From the NCBI GenBank assembly GCA_963702345.1, contig CAVPCD010000009.1, positions 87,529 through 151,528 on the forward strand: 64,000 nucleotides of DNA, written 5' to 3'. Position 1 is the first letter of the stretch. Each line of letters starts with the position of its first letter. The translations under genes were made by a program, and so were the position numbers. This document shows positions 57,716-64,000 of the stretch, piece by piece. The DNA comes from an uncultured Acidobacteriota bacterium (GTDB lineage Bacteria; Acidobacteriota; Terriglobia; Terriglobales; Acidobacteriaceae). A model generated the notes under the pieces. It saw only the letters and a list, made by a program, of their open reading frames with translations. It did no database searches and was not told the origin of the DNA.

Positions 57716-59881
57716 CTACTCCGTCCCTACTTCTCCGTATTTTTTTAGCCACTTCAACTCCTCGCGCACTTTAATCTTTCCGTGCCAGGGGTTTTTGTCG
57801 AGGGAGTGGCCTTCGCCGGGGAAGATCAGCAGCGCGTTGGGAATGCCGAGGGAATATAGCGCGTGTTCCAGCAGATAGTCTTCGAGCACCGCAACTCGAA
57901 TATCATCGGCGCCGCCCACCATGTGGGTTGGCGTGCGGACTTTATCGATCTGGAAGATGGCGGCTTCGTCGTGATAGCGCTGCGGGACCTCCCAGGGGCG
58001 TCCGCCGAGGAAGTAGGCGTCGTCGAAGGTCGTATCGTCATTGCCCCAGTTGCCGACGTGCTCAACCGCGCCTGCGCCCGTTACAGCGGCCTTCCAGCGC
58101 GTGCTCTGGGTGATGAGCCAGTTGGTCATGTATCCGCCGTAGCTGTAGCCGCCGACGGTGAGCTGATTGGGATCGGCGATGCCGTCTTTTACCAGCGCAT
58201 CCACGCCTTCCAGAATGTCTTTGCCGGGACGCGAGACGATTACGGGGACGATCTGCATCAGAAATTTGTCGCCGTATCCGGATGAGCCGCGATAGTTCGG
58301 CTCGAATACCAGCCAACCATTGGTGGCAGCGAGTATGCCCCACTGATACCAGTCGGCTTCGAAGTGATTGCCGTCGGCGTCGGCTGGGCCTCCGTGAATA
58401 AATGTGAACATGGGTAAATTCTTGGCCTCGAACTTTCCCGGAGGGTATATCAGCATGCCTTCAACTGTGGTCCCGTCGTCGGCCTTCCAGCGATATGGCT
58501 TGCCCTGCGGCAGTTCGCGTTCGGTGAACAGATGGTTGAAAGACGTGATTGGCCGCGCGTGGGCGAGATCAGAGGGGCTGTCAGCAAAATATATCTCTTC
58601 TGGCTGGTCGAGTTGAGAATACGCGAATGCGAGGTGCGAGGAACGGGGAGTGGTCGCTACCGACGCGTAGGTACCCTTCCAGTTGCTGATCTGGTGAAAC
58701 GATTGCTCGGGTTTGGAGGTCGAGTACATCTGCACTTCGGTCCCAAGCCGTGCCGATTCGAGGACGTTGTCGTCGGTCACCGCGTAATGGTCCACCGGGC
58801 CGCCAAAATCTTTTCCCCATTTCTCGATCTTGCCATCGCCGCTGTCCACCCAGTAAAGATGCGGTTGCAGGTCGCGGTACGGGCCAGTGACGTCGCCGAC
58901 ATCAATGGTGAAAAAAATGTGGCGGCTGTCGTTGGCCCAATGCAGGTCGTGTTCTACGGCCTGGTTCTGCGTAAGGCGGCGGGGCTGATCTTCGCTTCTC
59001 GAGTCCGAGGGCGAAGGTGCCCGCGCCACACGGTTCAGATCAACTACATAGATTTCATAGTCGTCGAATTTCTCCTCGCGTTTGTTGATGGGATTGGCCA
59101 TGAACGCCAGTTTGCTGCCGTCGGGTGAGGTTAGCAATTCGTCGACACGAAGCGGCGATTTTGCGAACGCATGGGTTCCCGGAGTCGTATCCGATTCTTT
59201 GTCGGCGTCAGATTTGGCGGTAGGCGGGGCTTGATGTTTTGCCAGCGCGGCGGGAACGTCGAGCGCAAACATCGTGTCGCCTCGTTCCGCGGTACGATAT
59301 TGCACCACATCTTTCCATTTTTTCCTGTAGTCGTCTTTCTGGGCTTTGGTCCAGGGATCGCGGGTTGCGAAATAAATTGTTCTTGAATCCGCTGACCAGG
59401 AGAAAGTATGCACCTCCTCGCTCCCGCTAGTGACTGCGAAAGCTTCGCCGCCGCGGGGGTCAATTAAATAAATCTGATCGGCGCCTTCGTCTTTCTTGTC
59501 AGAATCGTCGTCGGAGTCGTCGCTCGCGTCGGCCGCATCATCCGATTTCCGGTCGGATAGAAACGCAATCCATTTTCCGTCGGGTGACCACTGGGGTTCA
59601 GTGTCGTGCCCCGATTGCGTCAGCTGGATCAACGAGCCGTTCGCACCTTCACCGCGGTACAGCCACAAATTCTTGCTGAAGATTTGCCGGTCCCAATCGG
59701 CGCGCTCGGTGCCGATCACGACCGAATTCCCGTCCGGCGACAATTTCACCGAAGAAAAACTGACAGAGTTAAAGAACTCGTCGAGAGTTATTTTCGGCTT
59801 GTTTTGAGCGAAGCTGAATGTAGCGACCGAGAGCGAGAATGCGAGCAAAACAACTTTAGCGGATCTCATAATTTGGGACAA
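57716..59881 (-). CDS. S9-family serine peptidase (prolyl oligopeptidase / dipeptidyl-peptidase type) with N-terminal beta-propeller
   Basis: 721 aa with a signal peptide. TolB-like propeller repeats (SPDGKWIAF), nucleophile elbow GGYSYGGYM, and C-terminal GEGHS. Confidence 0.88.
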   Translation of the reverse strand: MSQIMRSAKVVLLAFSLSVATFSFAQNKPKITLDEFFNSVSFSSVKLSPDGNSVVIGTERADWDRQIFSKNLWLYRGEGANGSLIQLTQSGHDTEPQWSPDGKWIAFLSDRKSDDAADASDDSDDDSDKKDEGADQIYLIDPRGGEAFAVTSGSEEVHTFSWSADSRTIYFATRDPWTKAQKDDYRKKWKDVVQYRTAERGDTMFALDVPAALAKHQAPPTAKSDADKESDTTPGTHAFAKSPLRVDELLTSPDGSKLAFMANPINKREEKFDDYEIYVVDLNRVARAPSPSDSRSEDQPRRLTQNQAVEHDLHWANDSRHIFFTIDVGDVTGPYRDLQPHLYWVDSGDGKIEKWGKDFGGPVDHYAVTDDNVLESARLGTEVQMYSTSKPEQSFHQISNWKGTYASVATTPRSSHLAFAYSQLDQPEEIYFADSPSDLAHARPITSFNHLFTERELPQGKPYRWKADDGTTVEGMLIYPPGKFEAKNLPMFTFIHGGPADADGNHFEADWYQWGILAATNGWLVFEPNYRGSSGYGDKFLMQIVPVIVSRPGKDILEGVDALVKDGIADPNQLTVGGYSYGGYMTNWLITQSTRWKAAVTGAGAVEHVGNWGNDDTTFDDAYFLGGRPWEVPQRYHDEAAIFQIDKVRTPTHMVGGADDIRVAVLEDYLLEHALYSLGIPNALLIFPGEGHSLDKNPWHGKIKVREELKWLKKYGEVGTE

Positions 59882-59944
59882 ACACAGGTTTATACATCAG
59901 GGAGGGAGTGGAGGCAAACGCGGCGCACCCGCTTGGCGGATGGT

Positions 59945-61246
59945 TCACGGCCGTTTGTAAATGGTCCCATCCTTCATAACAAACTCAACATGCTCCAAGA
60001 CGGTAATGTCATTGAGCGGATTGCCGGACACAGCGACGATGTCGGCAAAATATCCGGGTTTCAGCGCGCCGATTTGCCCTTCCCAATCCAGCAGTCTTGC
60101 GCCATTGATAAGGTCGGCTTGCAGTGCGCCGAGCGGAGTCATGCCGAATTTCACCATCAGTTCCAATTCGCGCGCCTGGGTTCCGTGAGGAAACGGACCC
60201 ACGTCGGAGCCCATCGCAATCGGCACTCCCGCAGCAAGCTGTTTGCGGAAATTTTGCGCATGCAAATCGAGAATGGCCTGTTCCTTAGCGCCCGTTCCTG
60301 GCGTCAGCGGGTGCGCTGCGAAGTACTCCTGAATGGCGAATGTCGGCACCGCGAAGATATGTTTCTCATGCATGATGCGCATGGTCTCGTCGCCGATTTG
60401 AAACGAATGATCAACCGACGCAACTCCGGCTTGCGCTGCGTAAAAAGCTCCCGGATCGTCGGTCGCGTGCACGGCAACGCGTTTGCCGACGCGAGCAGCT
60501 TCATGCACAGCGGCGCTCAATTCGGCTTCGGTGTACTGATACGGGCTTGACAGAATGCCATCATGGACGGAATCCGCTCCGGTTTCATAAATTTTGGCGA
60601 AGTCCGATCCCTCTTTGAACTGCTCGCGCATTACTTCGATCAGCTGCTCGGCATTATTGGCAAAATCAGCGTTAGGCAAAACGTGCTGGGCCGGGTTGAA
60701 ACCGATGGCGTCCTCATGTCCTCCGAGAATGTTGATTGCGTTGCCGCTGATTCGGAGTCTCGGCCCAGGAATTTTCCCCTGGTCGATGGCGTCCCGAACC
60801 GCGGTGTCGGCCGAGCCCGCGCCCTCGGTGCCCATGTCGCGTTCGGCAGTAAAGCCAGCCATCAGATCGTCTCGCGCGGCGAGCGTCGCCATAATGGTCC
60901 GCTGCGGGACCGACTCCTGCACTGTCTGCAGGTCTTCTGCTCCGGGATGAAGGAAGAGATGGATGTGCGCGTCAATCAGGCCGGGTAGCAGAGTGCGGTC
61001 GCCAAGGTCGATAACAACTGCGCCCATTGGGTGTTTCACGGTCGTGCCGGCTTCGACAATGCGCTCGCCTTTTACCAATACTTCGCCCGGCGACACAACG
61101 CGTCCGCTGTCAATATCAAGCAGTCGCGCAGCATGCAACACGGTTACATCAGGCGCGGAAGTCTGGCTCCAAACTGCGGCGGTTGCGGCCAGGGCGAAAA
61201 GAATGAATGACAGAATCCGAAATGTGCAGCTCATATTCAGCGGCAT
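59945..61246 (-). CDS. Secreted amidohydrolase-family metallohydrolase (imidazolonepropionase / Xaa-Pro dipeptidase-like)
   Basis: Signal peptide ILSFILFALAATAAVWSQ after ATG 61246 (the ORF track starts at 61285). LPGLIDAHIHLF metal motif and VAVHATD. Confidence 0.8.
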   Translation of the reverse strand: MPLNMSCTFRILSFILFALAATAAVWSQTSAPDVTVLHAARLLDIDSGRVVSPGEVLVKGERIVEAGTTVKHPMGAVVIDLGDRTLLPGLIDAHIHLFLHPGAEDLQTVQESVPQRTIMATLAARDDLMAGFTAERDMGTEGAGSADTAVRDAIDQGKIPGPRLRISGNAINILGGHEDAIGFNPAQHVLPNADFANNAEQLIEVMREQFKEGSDFAKIYETGADSVHDGILSSPYQYTEAELSAAVHEAARVGKRVAVHATDDPGAFYAAQAGVASVDHSFQIGDETMRIMHEKHIFAVPTFAIQEYFAAHPLTPGTGAKEQAILDLHAQNFRKQLAAGVPIAMGSDVGPFPHGTQARELELMVKFGMTPLGALQADLINGARLLDWEGQIGALKPGYFADIVAVSGNPLNDITVLEHVEFVMKDGTIYKRP

Positions 61247-61314
61247 GTTATCACTAAGAGATTGCCGGTGGAGCGTAATTCTCATATGGCCGCGGGCAGA
61301 ATGAGCGGAATGAA

Positions 61315-62724
61315 ATGAATCGAAGGGCTTGCGTCATCGGTGCCGGACCCAATGGACTCTCGGCCGCGATCGTACTTGCGCAAGCAGGTTTGCAGGTCGA
61401 CGTATTTGAAGCCGAGCCGACCGCCGGCGGAGCGGCGCGAACACTGGAGTTGACGCTTCCCGGATTCCGGCATGATCTTGGATCAGCCGTGTGCCCGCTG
61501 GGCGCTGGCTCGCCATTCCTTTCGTCGCTTCCCCTCTCGGACTTCGGCCTGCAATGGATACACTCGCCGGCTCCTGTGGCTCACCCGCTTGATAACGGCA
61601 CCGCGGTCGTTCTCGAACGTGACCTCGCTGACGCGAAATCGTCTCTCGGAGAAGACGGAAAAGCCTGGAGCGATCTGGTTCAGCCCTTTGTCGAGCGCTG
61701 GCCGGCGTTCGCTTCTGACATGCTGGGTCCGATTACTCGGATACCAAAACATCCGTTCCTGATGGCGCGGTTTGGAATGAATGCGCTGCGCTCGGCAAGA
61801 AGCATCGCCTCCCGGTTTCGAAATGAGCGTACGCGAGCTTTGTTCGCAGGATTGGCCGCGCACTCTTGCCTTGCGCTTGACGAAGCTCTGAGCGGTGCGT
61901 TCGGCATGTCATTGGCGATACCGGCACACGCGGTGGGCTGGCCGATTCCGCGCGGCGGAGCGCAATCACTCACCGATGCGCTTTGCGGTTATCTGGCGAA
62001 GATTGGCGGTAAGATCAGCACGTCTTCGCGGCTTGAACGTATCGAACAGCTCTCCGACTACGATTTGCATATGTTCGACGTCACCCCGCGGCAGCTGCTG
62101 GCGCTGGCAGGAGAACGGCTGTCCGAACGCTATAGACACCGACTTGAACGCTTTCGATACGGCCCGGGCGCTTTCAAGGTGGACTATGCCCTGAGCAACC
62201 CGATCCCATGGCGGGCCGCTGAATGTCTCCGCGCGGCCACCGTTCACCTCGGAGGAACCTTCGATGAAGTGGCCGAATCGGAAAGAACTGTCCGCGCCGG
62301 CTCACATGCCGAACGTCCATTCGTCCTGTTTGTCCAGCCGAGTCTCTTTGACCCGTCCCGAGCGCCGGCCGGGAAGCACACAGCCTGGGCCTATTGTCAC
62401 GTGCCCAATGGATCCACGGTGGATATGCTGCCGAGGCTAGAAAGCCAGATTGAGCGCTTTGCCCCAGGATTCCGCGATTGCGTACTGGCACGGAGAGTTT
62501 TTTCCCCGGCGGATCTGGAAACCAAAGACGCCAATCTGGTGGGAGGAGATGTCGGCGGAGGCGCACTGGACGCGCACCAGTTCCTGTTCAGGCCCACTTG
62601 GCGTCACTACGCCACCTCAGACGCCGCCATTTACCTCTGTTCAGCCTCCACGCCCCCCGGGGGTGGCGTGCACGGCATGTGCGGTTTTCACGCGGCCCGG
62701 GCGGCGCTCGCCAAGTTTTCCTAA
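61315..62724 (+). CDS. FAD/NAD(P)-dependent oxidoreductase, phytoene-desaturase (CrtI)-like family
   Basis: 469 aa. N-terminal dinucleotide fold ACVIGAGPNGLSAAIVLAQAGLQVDVFEA and C-terminal PPGGGVHGMCG. Confidence 0.75.
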   Translation: MNRRACVIGAGPNGLSAAIVLAQAGLQVDVFEAEPTAGGAARTLELTLPGFRHDLGSAVCPLGAGSPFLSSLPLSDFGLQWIHSPAPVAHPLDNGTAVVLERDLADAKSSLGEDGKAWSDLVQPFVERWPAFASDMLGPITRIPKHPFLMARFGMNALRSARSIASRFRNERTRALFAGLAAHSCLALDEALSGAFGMSLAIPAHAVGWPIPRGGAQSLTDALCGYLAKIGGKISTSSRLERIEQLSDYDLHMFDVTPRQLLALAGERLSERYRHRLERFRYGPGAFKVDYALSNPIPWRAAECLRAATVHLGGTFDEVAESERTVRAGSHAERPFVLFVQPSLFDPSRAPAGKHTAWAYCHVPNGSTVDMLPRLESQIERFAPGFRDCVLARRVFSPADLETKDANLVGGDVGGGALDAHQFLFRPTWRHYATSDAAIYLCSASTPPGGGVHGMCGFHAARAALAKFS

Positions 62725-62886
62725 AGTGCAAGCCTAACTGGTAACCGGGGTAACGCTGCTGGTAACGGCGCGCATATGGTATAAAACCAAAGAACACGCC
62801 AAAAATCAGCGGACGGCCAAACCTATGCCTGCGCACAGTTTGCGCATGGAAGTCGGGTGCAAAATGTCCGCCGTTTGGGGAGAGTC

Positions 62887-63474
62887 TTGAGCTTTATCAA
62901 CTTCGCAGCCCGCGAGATCAACTGCAAAATCGTCTATTACGGCGCGGGCCTTGGCGGCAAGACCACCAATCTGCAGTACATCTATCAAAAAACCGCCGAA
63001 CAGCAAAAGGGCAAGATGATCTCGTTGGCCACCGAGACCGAACGCACCCTATTTTTTGACTTTCTTCCGCTGGATCTTGGGTCAGTCCGCGGCTTCAAGA
63101 CCCGAATCCACCTCTACACCGTTCCCGGACAGGTCTTCTACGATGCCAGCCGCAAACTGATTCTGCGTGGCGTGGATGGCATTGTGTTTGTAGCCGATTC
63201 CCAGCAAGAGCGCATGGATGCAAACGCTGAGGCGCTGGATAACCTGATGTCGAACTTGAAAGAGCACGGCTACGACTTCAACAAGATTCCGTACGTCTTG
63301 CAGCTCAATAAGCGCGACCTGCCCAATATTCTCCCCGTTGATGCCCTCGCCAAAGACCTTCGTCGCAAAAACGAACCGGTGCTCGAAGCTGTGGCTTTTC
63401 AAGGTCAAGGCGTTTTCGAGACCCTGAAGGAAATTGCTCGTCAGGTGTTGGTGGAACTAAAAAAGGGCAGCTAA
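62887..63474 (+). CDS. mglA: Ras-like small GTPase MglA (motility/polarity regulator family)
   Basis: From TTG 62887 the protein reads [33 protein letters not shown]...[11 protein letters not shown]...[31 protein letters not shown]...LNKRDL, near-colinear with Myxococcus MglA as recalled. The ORF track starts at GTG 62857. Confidence 0.88.
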   Translation: MSFINFAAREINCKIVYYGAGLGGKTTNLQYIYQKTAEQQKGKMISLATETERTLFFDFLPLDLGSVRGFKTRIHLYTVPGQVFYDASRKLILRGVDGIVFVADSQQERMDANAEALDNLMSNLKEHGYDFNKIPYVLQLNKRDLPNILPVDALAKDLRRKNEPVLEAVAFQGQGVFETLKEIARQVLVELKKGS

Positions 63475-63514
63475 GGTCGGCTCGGCCGCCCGACTGGTCG
63501 CCGCGGGACCATGA

Positions 63515-64000
63515 TCATTTGGCTTTCTGCTCCGCAATCCATTTATCGGTACGCTCTTCCAGCAGATCCAATGGCAGGGTTCCGCCGTCGAGCATTTCGT
63601 CATGGAATGCGCGAATGTCGAACTTCGGGCCCAACTCTTTTTGGGCCTGCTCACGTAGCTCCCGGAACTTGAGCTGCCCCAGCTTGTAGCTGAGAGCTTG
63701 CGCAGGCCACGCGATATACCGGTCAGTCTCAGACTGAATAGTAGGCTCATCGACCGCGCCAGATTTCCGAAAAAACTCCACCACCTGCTCGCGCGACCAT
63801 CCTTTGGAATGAATTCCCGTATCCACGACCAGACGTACCGCCCGGAATAACTCGGATGAAAGGCGGCCATAGTCGGATACTGGGTCCTGATAAAAGCCAA
63901 CTTCTTTACCAAGTTGTTCGGCGTACAACGCCCAGCCCTCGACGTAAGCGTTGAAGCCAAGACTGTGCAAGCGAAATTTAGGCAATCCGGTGAGCTGCTG
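63515..64000 (-). CDS. DUF885-family protein, C-terminal part (5' end outside the window)
   Basis: The frame stays open to the window edge (QQLTGLPKFRLHS...). YVEGWALYAEQLG, RAVRLVVDTGIH and ETDRYIAWPAQALSYKLG are DUF885 hallmarks. Confidence 0.75.
   Translation of the reverse strand, partial: QQLTGLPKFRLHSLGFNAYVEGWALYAEQLGKEVGFYQDPVSDYGRLSSELFRAVRLVVDTGIHSKGWSREQVVEFFRKSGAVDEPTIQSETDRYIAWPAQALSYKLGQLKFRELREQAQKELGPKFDIRAFHDEMLDGGTLPLDLLEERTDKWIAEQKAK

Noticed and set aside
59470-59545. Acidic low-complexity run in the S9 peptidase (DDAADASDDSDDDSDKKDEGAD), considered as a possible in-frame repeat-element insertion like those in lhr.
   Set aside because: The DNA is simple GTCGTC/GAC-type codon repetition with no terminal inverted repeats or hairpins. 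It looks like ordinary low-complexity linker expansion.

Overview
This 64 kb window looks like ordinary chromosome from a moderately GC-rich Gram-negative soil bacterium. Two giant CarboxypepD_reg-type TonB-dependent-receptor-like proteins suggest Acidobacteriota (Terriglobia-like); that is an inference, since no database search was possible. I call about 47 protein genes and one tRNA-Leu(GAG).

Most genes are housekeeping or metabolic:
- DNA repair and regulation: lhr helicase, ada, a partial HisKA_3 kinase and a MerR-TPR protein.
- Amino-acid and lipid metabolism: ilvD and an ilvC-ilvB-ilvM-like cluster, pruA, two acyl-CoA dehydrogenases, meaB and fabF.
- Other core functions: rmlD, secG, hemW and rimO.
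- Transport and envelope: an mdtABC-like RND operon and a MetA-pathway-type porin.
- Peptidases, hydrolases and the rest: M23 and S9 peptidases, several amidohydrolases, a mazEF-type toxin-antitoxin pair and a Ras-like GTPase mglA.

I did not recognise a convincing new multi-gene system such as a defence island, CRISPR array, prophage or integrase.

The most unusual signal read directly from the DNA is two palindromic, REPIN/RPE-like elements of 117 and 129 bp. Both have TGTGG...CCACA termini and sit in-frame inside the lhr coding sequence. A third copy of the same 27-nt REP unit lies between ilvB and the small-subunit gene.

Secondary observations:
- Two intergenic elements built from inverted arrays of heptanucleotide repeats.
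- An 853-aa HEAT-repeat protein ending in a PilZ domain, next to a cupredoxin-like secreted protein.
- A MoaD/ThiS-like protein whose GG motif is followed by two extra residues.
- An mglA with no adjacent mglB.
- A tandem 41-bp-period repeat upstream of a TonB-dependent receptor gene.

All functional calls rest on motif and family recognition by eye. Start codons are often ambiguous because several genes use TTG or GTG.
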